Assembly (NCBI GenBank): GCA_963810935.1
Contig: CAWEPK010000003.1
Span: 64,001-128,000, forward strand
Direction of reading: 5' to 3'
DNA from: an uncultured delta proteobacterium
GTDB lineage: Bacteria > Desulfobacterota > Syntrophorhabdia > Syntrophorhabdales > WCHB1-27
Length of the DNA: 64,000 nt
Under the pieces are notes generated by a model. It was not told where the DNA came from and searched no databases. It saw only the letters and a list, made by a program, of their open reading frames with translations. Positions 51,422-61,495 of the stretch are shown here, piece after piece. Position 1 is the stretch's first letter. The number at the start of each line of letters is the position of its first letter. The translations under genes were made by a program, and so were the position numbers.

Positions 51422-53398
51422 ATGCCCTTACAACAGGAAGACGAAAGTCTGATACAGCGGGCGCGCCATGTAGTGATCGGCAAGCCCCGCGACATCAGAG
51501 ATAGCTCCCTTTTCCACAAGCTGAGCCTCATCCCGCTGCTCGCGTGGATAGGCCTAGGCGCAGACGGCCTTTCTTCATCGTCTTACGGCCCGGAAGAGGC
51601 CTTCCGCACGCTCGGGTCTCACATCTACCTCGCGGTCTTCCTGGCGCTCGCCACTGCGGTTACCGTCTTCATCATCTCATATGCCTACTCGCGCATCATA
51701 GAGCATTTCCCCCACGGCGGCGGTGGATATATAGTTGCGACCCATACGATCGGCGAGAGGGCGGGCGTCATTTCCGGCTGCGCCCTTCTGGTAGACTACA
51801 TGCTGACCATCACCGTCTCCCTCGTCTCCTGCGCGGACGCCTTTTTCAGCTTTCTCCCGATGAGCCTGCATCATTACAAGATAGGCTTCGTCATCTTTCT
51901 CATCATCCTTCTCGTCGTGCTCAACGCGAGGGGCGTCAAGGAGTCGGTCCTTTTCCTCGCCCCCATATTCATGGTTTTCGTGCTCACCCACATCGTGCTG
52001 CTCGGTTACGGTATCCTTAGTCATACGGCGGACATCAAGCCTATTATGGGAGGGATGAGGGGGAGCCTGCACCATGACCTTGGCGCTGTCGGCCTGCTCG
52101 GCATCCTCGCTATTGTTTTGAGGGCCTATTCGATGGGCGCAGGAACGTACACGGGTATCGAAGCCGTCTCGAACGGCCTGCAGATCATGCGGGAGCCCAG
52201 GGTGCACACGGGCAAGCGCACTATGGCCTACATGGCCTCATCCCTTGCTATAACGGCAGGAGGTCTCTTTGTTTGTTATCTCCTGTGGGGAGTCAAGCCG
52301 GAAGAAGGCAGGACGCTCAACGCCATCCTCGCCGGCGCCATGTTCGGCAAGTGGCCCCTCGGTAATTTCCTTGCCCTTATCACCATCCTTTCGGAAGGCG
52401 CACTGCTCCTCGTAGCAGCGCAAACGGGTTTTATAGACGGCCCGAGGGTTATGGCGAATATGGCCATCGACTCCTGGCTGCCGAGACGCTTTTCGTCGCT
52501 CTCCGAACGATTCACCATGCAAAACGGGGTCATGCTCATGGGCATAGCGGCCCTGCTTCTCCTTATTTACACGCACGGCTCCATCTCGGCTCTGGTCGTC
52601 ATGTATTCCATCAACGTGTTCCTCACATTCTCCCTCTCGGAATTCGGCATGTCCCGCTTCTTTATCCGCAACAGGCGGAGGGAGAAAAAGTGGAAGCAGC
52701 ACCTTCCCGTCCATATGACGGGCTTCACGCTCTGCGTTACCATTCTCGGCGTCACCGTTTATGAGAAGTTCAGTGAGGGCGGCTGGGTGACGCTGCTTAT
52801 CACGACCGCAGTCATCGGGGTGTGCTACCTGGTCCGCTACCATTACACGAAGGTGCGAAAGAGCATCAGGCAGCTCGACGAGATACTCATGGGGATACCG
52901 GCCAACGAGGAGCCGAACATGGCGCCCCTCGACCCCGGTGCGCCGACGGCCGTCCTGCTCGCCCCTTCCTTCAACAGCTTCGGCCTCCATACCCTGCTGT
53001 CGGTAGTCCGCTGCTTCCCGCACCTCTACAAGAACTTCATTTTCGTGGGGGTTGCCGAAATCGATTCCGGCTCCTTCAAGGGAGCGGCCGAAGTGGAGGC
53101 CCTGAACGAAGCGACGAAGGAGTCCCTTGAGAAATACGTGAAGGTAACGCGGCGGCACGGCTTCCCGGCGGATTACAGGACGGAGACCTCGACGGACGTT
53201 CCGGGGACCGTCGTGGAGCTGTGCAGGTCAATTGTGCAGGATTATCCCCGTTCCACTGTTTTCACGGGCCAGCTCATGTTCCACAAAGAGACCTGGATCG
53301 ACAAGGTGCTCCACAACCAGACAGCGTTTGCGATCCAGCGGCGCCTTCAGTGGGAAGGCATACCAACGGTGATTATGCCGATCAAGGTTAAGATTTAG
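51422..53398 (+). CDS. APC family permease (YdaO/KimA-like)
   Basis: ADGLSSSSYGPEE, GGGGY, TGIEAVSNG; many TM segments and a soluble C-terminal domain. Confidence 0.85.
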   Translation: MPLQQEDESLIQRARHVVIGKPRDIRDSSLFHKLSLIPLLAWIGLGADGLSSSSYGPEEAFRTLGSHIYLAVFLALATAVTVFIISYAYSRIIEHFPHGGGGYIVATHTIGERAGVISGCALLVDYMLTITVSLVSCADAFFSFLPMSLHHYKIGFVIFLIILLVVLNARGVKESVLFLAPIFMVFVLTHIVLLGYGILSHTADIKPIMGGMRGSLHHDLGAVGLLGILAIVLRAYSMGAGTYTGIEAVSNGLQIMREPRVHTGKRTMAYMASSLAITAGGLFVCYLLWGVKPEEGRTLNAILAGAMFGKWPLGNFLALITILSEGALLLVAAQTGFIDGPRVMANMAIDSWLPRRFSSLSERFTMQNGVMLMGIAALLLLIYTHGSISALVVMYSINVFLTFSLSEFGMSRFFIRNRRREKKWKQHLPVHMTGFTLCVTILGVTVYEKFSEGGWVTLLITTAVIGVCYLVRYHYTKVRKSIRQLDEILMGIPANEEPNMAPLDPGAPTAVLLAPSFNSFGLHTLLSVVRCFPHLYKNFIFVGVAEIDSGSFKGAAEVEALNEATKESLEKYVKVTRRHGFPADYRTETSTDVPGTVVELCRSIVQDYPRSTVFTGQLMFHKETWIDKVLHNQTAFAIQRRLQWEGIPTVIMPIKVKI

Positions 53399-53457
53399 CG
53401 CGCTGCGCTCAAGTCTTGCGGTCCTCGCGATAATAAAGGCAAAGCGCATGTGTTGTA

Positions 53458-53599
53458 CGGCCGGACTCGCGCCTGTGCTTCAGGACTTTTGTACCGTGGG
53501 GCATCCTGCAAACCTACTTTCAACTGACAAGCACGGTCAGCAAGGTTCCCGTTTCATCGATAATAGCGGGACACCTGCGGCAAGAACGGGCGGTACGTC
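53458..53599 (+). repeat. Family-2 dispersed repeat, short copy
   Basis: GGACTCGCGCCT, GGGCATCCTGCAAACCTACTTTCAACTGA, GGTCAGCAAGG, GCGGCAAGAACGGGC match the other copies. Confidence 0.82.
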
Positions 53600-53605
53600 T
53601 ACAGT

Positions 53606-53649
53606 TTGACTGTTGCGACAATTGGCGCTATAATATAGTCAAATGTCGC
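53606..53649 (+). promoter_or_regulatory. Sigma70 promoter of the TA operon with an inverted-repeat operator candidate
   Basis: TTGACT-N17-TATAAT (53606-53634); GCGACAATTG and CAAATGTCGC straddle the -10. Confidence 0.7.
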
Positions 53650-53680
53650 CCACACCTTCAAGGAGACCATTATAGCCCAG

Positions 53681-54091
53681 ATGAATGTCGAAAACATTCT
53701 CGGTCTGAAAGTCAAGATCGAGAACCCTCTCGATTTAATCCACCTCGGGGCCAGGGGAGTATCAAAAAAACAGATCGGCAGGCTCTCCGAGGCGATGTGC
53801 CTGTCCATGGCAACCATCGCGAATTTGCTGGTAGTAAGCCTCAGAACGATACAACGGCAACCCAAAGGGAAAGTTTTCGATAAGAATGTGTCCGAACGCG
53901 CTATTAAGCTGGCTCAGCTTACGGCCCACGGCGTCAGCGTTTTTGGAGCCAGGGAAGAATTCTGCGTCTGGCTTCAGACGCCGGTCGTTGCCCTCGGAAA
54001 CAAAACTCCCATGAGCATACTCGACTCCACAATGGGCGTCGAGCTCGTCGACGATATCATCGGCAGGATAGAACACGGCGTCTTCTCGTGA
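53681..54091 (+). CDS. Antitoxin, Xre/MbcA/ParS family
   Basis: HTH (VSLRTIQR), WLQTPVVALGNKTP, RIEHGVFS. Confidence 0.88.
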   Translation: MNVENILGLKVKIENPLDLIHLGARGVSKKQIGRLSEAMCLSMATIANLLVVSLRTIQRQPKGKVFDKNVSERAIKLAQLTAHGVSVFGAREEFCVWLQTPVVALGNKTPMSILDSTMGVELVDDIIGRIEHGVFS

Positions 54092-54546
54092 TCGTCTATC
54101 GAATCAGCTCACGCTTACACGCTCGAGACCTCTCCGGGGCGGGCGCCGGGCTTCACGGCGGCCGATGGAACCCTAAAGGGGTCAATGTAATATACGCGGC
54201 AGAGAGCAGGGCCCTCGCCGCCCTTGAGCTATATGCAAACCGTGCAAGGGCGACGGCGCTCTCAAACCTCAACCTTGTGTCTCGCGTTGTCCCCGATGGC
54301 GTCCCCGTAAAGAAGCTTCTCCCTGCCGACCTTCCTGCGGGGTGGAATGTCTATCCAGCGCCCGATGTCCTTGCCGACATAGGCGGGAGGTGGGCGATGT
54401 CGATGGAGACGCTCCTGTTGTGTGTTCCGTCAGCGCTCATGGAAAAAGAGTTCAACTACATCATCAACCCCGCCCATGCCGACATGACGAAGTTAACGAT
54501 TGGAGACATCGAAGAGTACAGCTTCGACCAACGGCTCCTCGAATAG
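54088..54546 (+). CDS. RES domain toxin (NAD+ phosphorylase family)
   Basis: VYRI, GGRWN, YAAESRALAALE, VPSA, NYIINPAH; overlaps the antitoxin stop. Confidence 0.9.
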   Translation: MIVYRISSRLHARDLSGAGAGLHGGRWNPKGVNVIYAAESRALAALELYANRARATALSNLNLVSRVVPDGVPVKKLLPADLPAGWNVYPAPDVLADIGGRWAMSMETLLLCVPSALMEKEFNYIINPAHADMTKLTIGDIEEYSFDQRLLE

Positions 54547-54595
54547 GGCACGTGGCTGACTAACCTCTCCTGTGACAACAGGCCGCGATACGAGG

Positions 54596-55276
54596 TTAGT
54601 CCAGCCTGAACAGCTCGCCGTCTACCATGTTTAACCGCCGGTCGCCTGCTGCGCCTATCTCCGGGTCGTGGGTGACGAGGACTAGCGCCGAGCCGAGCTT
54701 CTTCCTTATTTCAAGGATATAACCCAGCACCTCTCTCCCCGTCTTCCTGTCGAGGTTGCCTGTCGGCTCGTCTGCAAGTATCAGCTCCGGCCGGTTGATG
54801 AGGGCCCTGGCGATTGCCACCCTCTGCTGCTCGCCGCCCGAGAGCTCGCCGGGCTTGTGGCCCCTGCGATGGGAAAGCCCCATTATCTCCAAGAATTCCT
54901 CTGCGGCAGCCTGGGCGTCGGCGGGCTTGGTGCGCTTTATCCACAAGGGAACCATGATGTTCTCGATGACGGAGAAGTCCTGCAAAAGGTGGTAGAACTG
55001 GAAGACGAAGCCGACCTTTTCGTTCCTGAAGCGGCATTGCTCGTCGCCGGTGAACAGGCCGATGTCCTTTCCCCTGTAAGCGATCTCGCCTCCCGTCGGA
55101 TGGTCGAGGGAGCCGACGAGGTGGAGGAAGGTGCTTTTCCCCGCGCCTGACGGACCCATGATCGTCACGAACTCGCCCTCCGCAACGTCGAAATCTATGC
55201 TGCGCAGTACGGTGACCTCGGCGCCGTCCTTATGGTAGCTCTTCTTCAGTCCCCTGGTCGCCAGCAGGCTACTCAT
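54596..55276 (-). CDS. lolD: Lipoprotein-releasing ABC transporter ATPase
   Basis: [36 protein letters not shown]. Confidence 0.88.
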   Translation of the reverse strand: MSSLLATRGLKKSYHKDGAEVTVLRSIDFDVAEGEFVTIMGPSGAGKSTFLHLVGSLDHPTGGEIAYRGKDIGLFTGDEQCRFRNEKVGFVFQFYHLLQDFSVIENIMVPLWIKRTKPADAQAAAEEFLEIMGLSHRRGHKPGELSGGEQQRVAIARALINRPELILADEPTGNLDRKTGREVLGYILEIRKKLGSALVLVTHDPEIGAAGDRRLNMVDGELFRLD

Positions 55277-56465
55277 ATCGAAGGGTCTCCACGGGGTCTA
55301 TAGTGGACGCCTTATAAGAAGGATAGAGCGTCGAGAGCAGGCACAGAAGTATGGTGACCGCCGCAATCAAAAAGACGTCCAGGTTGTCGATCTTCATGGG
55401 GAGCGTGCTGATGTAATAGACGTCGCTCGGCAGCTTGATGATTTGGAAATGGGTCTGGATCTCGAGGAGCGTATAGCCCACGATCGTGCCGAGGAGCGCG
55501 CCGACTACGCCTATCGCCAGCCCTTCGGCGACAAAGACGCGCATGATGCTCCTGTTCGTCGCGCCCATCGCCTTGAGTATGGCGATGTCCTTCTTTTTCT
55601 CCATCACGGTCATGACGAGGGCGCTGATAATGTTGAAGCTCGCGACGAGGATTATGAGGGCGAGGATGATGAACATGACGAGCTTCTCCAGCCTGAGCGC
55701 GGAAAGGAGGTTCCTGTTCTGTTCCATCCACGTCCTTCCGTAGAAGCCGGGACCGAGCTTCCTGACGATGCGGTCGCGCACCTCGCCCGCCGCATAGACG
55801 TCCTTCACCTTCACCTCGATGCCGGTGACGCTCGCCCCTAACGCAGACTGCACTTCCGCAAGCGGCATGATCGCAACCAGACTGTCGATATCGAACATGC
55901 CCGTCTCGAAGGCCCCGCCCATGCGGACGCGCAGGGTCTCCGTCGTTGCGCCTGCCGGGGAAAAGCCGCCGAAGGGGACGATGAGCGTGAACAGGTCGCC
56001 GGGCATGAGCCCAAGCTCCCTGGCAAGCTCTTTGCCGAGAAGGATCGTGTCTTTCCGGTTGAGGGCGTCGATGCTGCCCGTCTTCATCAGGCGGCCGAGA
56101 TAAGCCGCGTCCTTGGGCTCGATGCCCCTTACGAGCACCCCTGCCACGCGGCCCGGCCCCTGGGCCATGGCCTGGAACTCGATGAACGGGGCGGCGCTCG
56201 TAACGCCGTCTATGTGCTTCAGGCGCTCGACTACGGCCTGGGGGTCTCTCATCCCCCAGTCGGGGACGATGACGATATGGGGACGGATGCCTAACAGCCT
56301 GTCCCTGATCTCGTCCTGGAAACCCGTCATGACGGCGATGACGAGGATGATGGCCATTACGCCTATGGCAATGCCCGCTACCGCGATCCAGGTAGTAAAG
56401 GAGATGAACTTGTCCTTCCTCTTAGACCGAAGGTAGCGCAGGGCTATGGACGTCTCGTAGCGCAT
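55269..56465 (-). CDS. Lipoprotein-releasing ABC transporter permease LolC/E
   Basis: [31 protein letters not shown]. Confidence 0.9.
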   Translation of the reverse strand: MRYETSIALRYLRSKRKDKFISFTTWIAVAGIAIGVMAIILVIAVMTGFQDEIRDRLLGIRPHIVIVPDWGMRDPQAVVERLKHIDGVTSAAPFIEFQAMAQGPGRVAGVLVRGIEPKDAAYLGRLMKTGSIDALNRKDTILLGKELARELGLMPGDLFTLIVPFGGFSPAGATTETLRVRMGGAFETGMFDIDSLVAIMPLAEVQSALGASVTGIEVKVKDVYAAGEVRDRIVRKLGPGFYGRTWMEQNRNLLSALRLEKLVMFIILALIILVASFNIISALVMTVMEKKKDIAILKAMGATNRSIMRVFVAEGLAIGVVGALLGTIVGYTLLEIQTHFQIIKLPSDVYYISTLPMKIDNLDVFLIAAVTILLCLLSTLYPSYKASTIDPVETLRYE

Positions 56466-56480
56466 GGTCTCCTTTTTGAG

Positions 56481-57968
56481 CTATTCCCCATCATCTTTTA
56501 ATGGCGACGGCCGCAGGAGCGGGAAGAGAATGACTTCCCTGATCGACTGGCTGTCCGTCAGAAGCATCGTAAGGCGGTCTATGCCGATGCCCTCGCCCGC
56601 AGTCGGAGGCAGCCCGTATTCGAGGGCCATGATGTAGTCCTCGTCCATGGCCGCGCCCTCTTCCTTCTGCTTTATCTGCTCTAAGAACCTTGCCTTCTGG
56701 TCTTCCGGGTCGTTAAGCTCGTTGAAGCCGTTCGCTATCTCCATGCCGCTGACGTAAAGCTCGAAGCGCTCGGTGACCTCCGGCCTTTCCTTGGACCGCT
56801 TGGCGAGCGGCGACACCTCGACGGGGTAGCCCGTTATGAAAGTGGGCTGCACGAGCTTCTCCTCGCAGAGCTTCTCAAAGACCTCGGTTACGATCTTGCC
56901 CTTCGGCATATCCGCTGCGCCCTCTATGCCCAATTCCTGCCCCAGGGTCCGCAATTTCTCTGCGTCGGCGACTGAGGACGGATCGATGCCTCCGTAATCG
57001 ACAAGGGCCTGCTCCATCGTGACGCGCTTCCAGGGCCTGCCGAAATCGATGTTCTGCCCGTTGTAGACGACGCTCGTGCCGCCCGTAAGCGTCGAGACGA
57101 GGGATGAGACCATCTCTTCGGTCAGGTCCATCAGGTCCTCATATGTTGCATAGGCCTGGTAAAATTCGAGCATCGTGAATTCCGGGTTGTGCCTTACGGA
57201 GATACCCTCGTTCCTGAAGTTCCGGTTGATCTCGAAGACCCGCTCCAACCCTCCCACGATGAGCCTCTTTAAGTAAAGCTCGGGGGCAACCCTCAGGTAA
57301 AGGTCGAGACCGAGGGCGTTGTGGTGGGTTTTGAAGGGCTTCGCCGTCGCGCCGCCGGGCGTTACCTGCATCATCGGCGTCTCGACCTCGACGAAGGAGC
57401 GGCCTGTCAGGAAGGCCCGTATCAATTCAATGATCCGCGCCCGCCGCAGGAAGATCTCCCGCACGTTCTGATTGACGATAAGGTCTACGTAGCGCCTGCG
57501 GTACCGCTCCTCGACGTCGCGCAGGCCGTGCCATTTCTCGGGCAGGGGGCGCAGCGATTTCGTAAGCAGGCTCATGGTTTCAGCTACAATGGTCAGCTCG
57601 CCGGTTTTCGTCCTGAAAACCTTTCCCTCTACGGCCACTATGTCGCCCACATCGAATTTCTTGAAAAGCTCGTAGTCGGGGGACTTGAGCATATCTTTCC
57701 GGACGTACGCCTGGAGGCGCCCTTCCCGGTCCTGTATGTGAATGAAGCAGCTTTTGCCGAAGTCCCTGAAGGCGATCATGCGCCCCGCGTACGAGACGTG
57801 CGCGTTCTTCTCTTCGATCTGCTCCGCCGAAAGGCCCTCGAATTCCTTATGGAGGGAACCACTGCGGGCATACTCGCCCCTTATCTGCGGGTACGGGTCT
57901 ATCCCCGCCTGCCTGAGGTGTTCTTGCTTTTCTTTGCGGACGTTCAACAGCTCATTAATCGGCTCCAT
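56481..57968 (-). CDS. lysS: Lysyl-tRNA synthetase (class II)
   Basis: [39 protein letters not shown]. Confidence 0.98.
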   Translation of the reverse strand: MEPINELLNVRKEKQEHLRQAGIDPYPQIRGEYARSGSLHKEFEGLSAEQIEEKNAHVSYAGRMIAFRDFGKSCFIHIQDREGRLQAYVRKDMLKSPDYELFKKFDVGDIVAVEGKVFRTKTGELTIVAETMSLLTKSLRPLPEKWHGLRDVEERYRRRYVDLIVNQNVREIFLRRARIIELIRAFLTGRSFVEVETPMMQVTPGGATAKPFKTHHNALGLDLYLRVAPELYLKRLIVGGLERVFEINRNFRNEGISVRHNPEFTMLEFYQAYATYEDLMDLTEEMVSSLVSTLTGGTSVVYNGQNIDFGRPWKRVTMEQALVDYGGIDPSSVADAEKLRTLGQELGIEGAADMPKGKIVTEVFEKLCEEKLVQPTFITGYPVEVSPLAKRSKERPEVTERFELYVSGMEIANGFNELNDPEDQKARFLEQIKQKEEGAAMDEDYIMALEYGLPPTAGEGIGIDRLTMLLTDSQSIREVILFPLLRPSPLKDDGE

Positions 57969-59238
57969 CGGCCCCTCCGAACCTAACGACAACGTCGTAA
58001 TCGGTCGTCGCGGTTACGACGCCCTTTTTGATTTCGCCTACAGTGCATGCGCCCTTTATGAATGCGATGCCGTCGATATCGGGCGCCTGCAGGATGAGCC
58101 GCCCGGTCATGGAGTCCGCCTCACGTGCCTCGACCACGACGTCCAGCGTCCGTCCTTTAAGTCTGCCCAGCCGCTTTTTCGATATCTCCTTCTGCATCTC
58201 CATGAGCGTCGCGTACCGGTCCTTCTTTACCCCTTTTCGCACGTGCCCTTTCAGGCGCGCGGCCGGCGTGCCTTCCTCGCGGGAATAGGTGAACGCCCCC
58301 AGGTTGTCGAATTCCCACTCCGAGGCGAATGCGCACAATGCCCGGAAGTCGTCGGGCCCTTCTCCCGGATATCCTACCATAACCGTCGTGCGAAGCACAG
58401 AATCGGGCATGAGGCGCCTGATCTTTCCGAATATCAGCGCGAGGTCTTTCTTCGTATAGCCCCTGTTCATTGAGGCGAGGATCGCGTCCTCCGAGTGCTG
58501 TATCGGAACGTCCAGATACGGGACGATCCTTTCGTCGCCCGCGATGATGTCGAGGAGCGCGTCGTCGATGCCTTTCGGGTGGAGGTAGAGCAGCCTAAGG
58601 AAATAATTGCCTTTCACGCCGAGAAGACGCCTGAGGAGCGCCTTAGTGTCCGTGCCCGTGTCTTTGCCGTAGGCGGTCGTGTCCTGGCCGATAACGTTGA
58701 ACTCCCTGTAGCCCGATTCCAGGAGGCGCTCGAACTCGGCCTCTATCTCGTCTGCCGGCCTGCTTTTGAGCGGCCCCCTGATCGATGGTATCGTGCAGTA
58801 GCTGCACCGGTTGTTGCAGCCGTCCTGTATCCTCAGGTATGTTGTCGGCGCGGGCGTGAGCACCTTCCTCACCGAAGGGTCACATGCGCTGCTGCCGACG
58901 CCGAAGAAGCCCTTCCCCGAAACGATGCGTTCCGCGTCACCACAAGCGTCCCTGCCGAGGAAAAGATCGACTTCGGGGAGCAGCTCTTTAAGCTTCTCAC
59001 CGTAGCGGTCTACAAGGCAGCCCGTCACCACGATTCTTTTCCCGTCTGTCCTTTTTGCCTCGGCCAGTATCGTCTCGATTGATTCGCTGCATGCCTCCGC
59101 GATGAAGGCGCACGTGTTGACGACTACAAATGGGGCGTCTTCGGAAAGCTCGTGGCCCGCGGATTCGAGCTTGCCTGCGATGTATTCGGAATCGACGAGG
59201 TTCTTGGGGCAGCCCAGGCTTACGATTCTATATTTCAT
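57955..59238 (-). CDS. rimO: Ribosomal protein S12 methylthiotransferase
   Basis: [36 protein letters not shown]. Confidence 0.93.
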   Translation of the reverse strand: MKYRIVSLGCPKNLVDSEYIAGKLESAGHELSEDAPFVVVNTCAFIAEACSESIETILAEAKRTDGKRIVVTGCLVDRYGEKLKELLPEVDLFLGRDACGDAERIVSGKGFFGVGSSACDPSVRKVLTPAPTTYLRIQDGCNNRCSYCTIPSIRGPLKSRPADEIEAEFERLLESGYREFNVIGQDTTAYGKDTGTDTKALLRRLLGVKGNYFLRLLYLHPKGIDDALLDIIAGDERIVPYLDVPIQHSEDAILASMNRGYTKKDLALIFGKIRRLMPDSVLRTTVMVGYPGEGPDDFRALCAFASEWEFDNLGAFTYSREEGTPAARLKGHVRKGVKKDRYATLMEMQKEISKKRLGRLKGRTLDVVVEAREADSMTGRLILQAPDIDGIAFIKGACTVGEIKKGVVTATTDYDVVVRFGGADGAD

Positions 59239-60007
59239 GGAGCAGGCACCCACTAGTGCATTCCGGTTTTCTCGACCCCGAGCAGTGCGAGCCGATCCCG
59301 ACTACGTGGCAGAGGAAGAAATCGTACCTGAGCGGGTCTTCGGGGCAGAATTTTTTCAGCTCTTCGGTGATGCGGCAGGCCGTCTTCCAGGACTGCGCGT
59401 TCCGGTCCGTCCATCCGAGGCAGCGGCCGATCTTGAAAATGTTCGCATCGAGGGGGATGGTGAGGTCGGCAGGGCGCATGAAATGCCAGAGCCCGAAATC
59501 GATATCGTCTTTTCGCACCATCCAGCGGGCGTAAAGGCTCCACCGCTTGAAGGGGCTCGTCGGCGCATTGCGGGGGAAAAAGAAGAGCAGGTCGTGGGGG
59601 GACTCGATTATGTCATCGTGGGCCCTCCAGACTGCATGCCTCAAGTCGCCCTCATAGAAGTGCTCGACCATCGCCCCGATGCCGCCCCACCGCTCCACGA
59701 CTTTTCTCAGCACTGTGAAAAGCCGTACGATCTCAGCGCCGCTCTGGTAACGGTAGCGCGCGTCACTGAGGCTCGAAAGGTTGCCCGACGCGATGAACGC
59801 GTAAGGGCTCGGGGCCATGCGCGGAAGGAACTCGCCGAGGAAACGCGTTATCTGCTGCACCCGGCCGTATGCGAACTGGGAGGCTATGAAGCCCACCATC
59901 TCGATGTCGCGCGGGTCTTCGTACTTATGCACGAAGGAAACAGGGTCGTTTGCTACGAGCGGCCTGATCCTATCTTTTTCTCTTTGATATATGCGCTCCA
60001 GATCGAT
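59228..60007 (-). CDS. TIGR02757/DUF2400 family protein (start uncertain)
   Basis: DPVSFVHKY, AYGRV, RWMVRKDDIDFGLW, PLD, PEDPLRYDF; frame open to about 60007. Confidence 0.75.
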   Translation of the reverse strand: MDLERIYQREKDRIRPLVANDPVSFVHKYEDPRDIEMVGFIASQFAYGRVQQITRFLGEFLPRMAPSPYAFIASGNLSSLSDARYRYQSGAEIVRLFTVLRKVVERWGGIGAMVEHFYEGDLRHAVWRAHDDIIESPHDLLFFFPRNAPTSPFKRWSLYARWMVRKDDIDFGLWHFMRPADLTIPLDANIFKIGRCLGWTDRNAQSWKTACRITEELKKFCPEDPLRYDFFLCHVVGIGSHCSGSRKPECTSGCLLHEI

Positions 60008-60050
60008 AACGGTTCCTTTCTCGCTCTTTTAGTATTGTTTTTCGAAAAAG

Positions 60051-60596
60051 CTATTTGGAGGCGTTTTCAGCCCTGTCTTTCCATTCCCGCAGACGCCTGT
60101 CGAGAGAGCGGCCCGTCTCCCGCACGGCCTCCTTCCACTCGTCCCACTCTTCGATGTTGGGCTCTACGCTGCCTCCCTTTATGCCCATGTCGGAAAGGCG
60201 GCCGATAACGGCCTTCCTGACGTTGGCCGCGCTTGCGGCAAGCTCCGCGCGGAATACGTCGCCGAGCGCCCTCGCGTCCCGGCCGAGCGTGCCGCCCGCC
60301 TGGTCGCCCACGATCTGCATCAGCTCGAAGAGCCTCTCTTTGTCTGCGGACGAACCGAACTCCTCTATGAGCAAGTCGAGGAGAACGCCTATTTTGTCAC
60401 GCCGCCCTCCTTGCACGCGCCCATATTCAGCAAGGAATTCCTCGGGCCCGATGATCCCCTCCAGGAACCTGCGGCCGACCGCCTTGAGCCTTTCGGTAAC
60501 GCCCCTGCGGGCGAACTCACGCTTTTCTTCCTCGCCCATTACTAGGTTTTTGGTCCGTTCCATGGCGAGCTCTATAGCGCTTTTTATTTCAGCCAT
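60051..60596 (-). CDS. Hypothetical protein
   Basis: Helical protein starting MAEIKSAIELAMERT; in operon with its neighbours. Confidence 0.7.
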   Translation of the reverse strand: MAEIKSAIELAMERTKNLVMGEEEKREFARRGVTERLKAVGRRFLEGIIGPEEFLAEYGRVQGGRRDKIGVLLDLLIEEFGSSADKERLFELMQIVGDQAGGTLGRDARALGDVFRAELAASAANVRKAVIGRLSDMGIKGGSVEPNIEEWDEWKEAVRETGRSLDRRLREWKDRAENASK

Positions 60597-60605
60597 ATAA
60601 AAACC

Positions 60606-61004
60606 TTATTCCGATTCGATGTCCGGCCGAAAGGCGTCGTTCGTTGCGTAGACCTGAGGACTATATTCTACAACAGATGCTTCTTCTACGCTATAGAAGA
60701 CATGCCAGCAGCGGGGGCTCACGCGCAGCTTGTCGCCCTTGGCGAGCACTGCTTCCAACCGCTCGCCCGTATCCATATCGATAAAGACCGCCCTTATTCT
60801 GCCGGCCACAACGTAGAACGTCTCGTCTTTTTTCTCGTGATAATGCCTGCCCCTCCAGAAACCTTGCCTGATCGTGAAAAAGGCTATGTGGCGGGCCTCC
60901 TCCGCGTAGCAGATCTGGGCGAACTCGCCCTTCTCCTCTGCCCATCGCTTGGCGCGCTCGCCCTCGTTCGTCTCCGGGAGCTTTTCCAGAAAGACCTTGT
61001 CCAT
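60606..61004 (-). CDS. Cupin domain protein
   Basis: RGRHYH...ETFY and WHVF cupin motifs. Confidence 0.78.
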   Translation of the reverse strand: MDKVFLEKLPETNEGERAKRWAEEKGEFAQICYAEEARHIAFFTIRQGFWRGRHYHEKKDETFYVVAGRIRAVFIDMDTGERLEAVLAKGDKLRVSPRCWHVFYSVEEASVVEYSPQVYATNDAFRPDIESE

Positions 61005-61006
61005 CG

Positions 61007-61495
61007 CTACCTTGCGCAGTCGGTGGGATCGCCCTTCACTTTTTCGAGGGCGTGGGGTATGGCCGCCTCTATAAAAGAGAGGCATTCGGATGCCGCTTTC
61101 GGGCTGCCCGGCAGGTTGATAATGATCGACTGCCCCCTGACGCCGCAGACAGCGCGCGATATCAGGGCGAAGGGCGTGATCGCGAAGCTCTTCATGCGCA
61201 TCGCCTCCGCGAACCCCGGCAGCTCCTTATCGATGACCAAGCGCGTCGCCTCAGGGGTAACGTCCCTCGGGCCTACGCCCGTGCCGCCTGTCGTTACGAC
61301 GAGGTCGAAGCCGTGCCTGTCGATCTGGTCCTTTATGGTCTGTGAGATCACGGGGGCCTCGTCTGGCACTATTATAACGTCAGCCACGTCGTACGTCTTT
61401 GCAAGCATCTGCTTAAGGCCTGGGCCGCTCGTATCAACCCTCTGGCCAACCGAGCCCTTGTCGCTGATCGTTATGACAACCGCCCTGTACTTCAT
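61007..61495 (-). CDS. mog: Molybdopterin adenylyltransferase MogA/MoaB
   Basis: TISD, TTGGTG, RDVTPEAT, NLPGSPKA. Confidence 0.9.
   Translation of the reverse strand: MKYRAVVITISDKGSVGQRVDTSGPGLKQMLAKTYDVADVIIVPDEAPVISQTIKDQIDRHGFDLVVTTGGTGVGPRDVTPEATRLVIDKELPGFAEAMRMKSFAITPFALISRAVCGVRGQSIIINLPGSPKAASECLSFIEAAIPHALEKVKGDPTDCAR

Noticed and set aside
54547..54595. Fourth family-2 copy closing the TA module
   Set aside because: Only GGGCAC matches, which is too short to support
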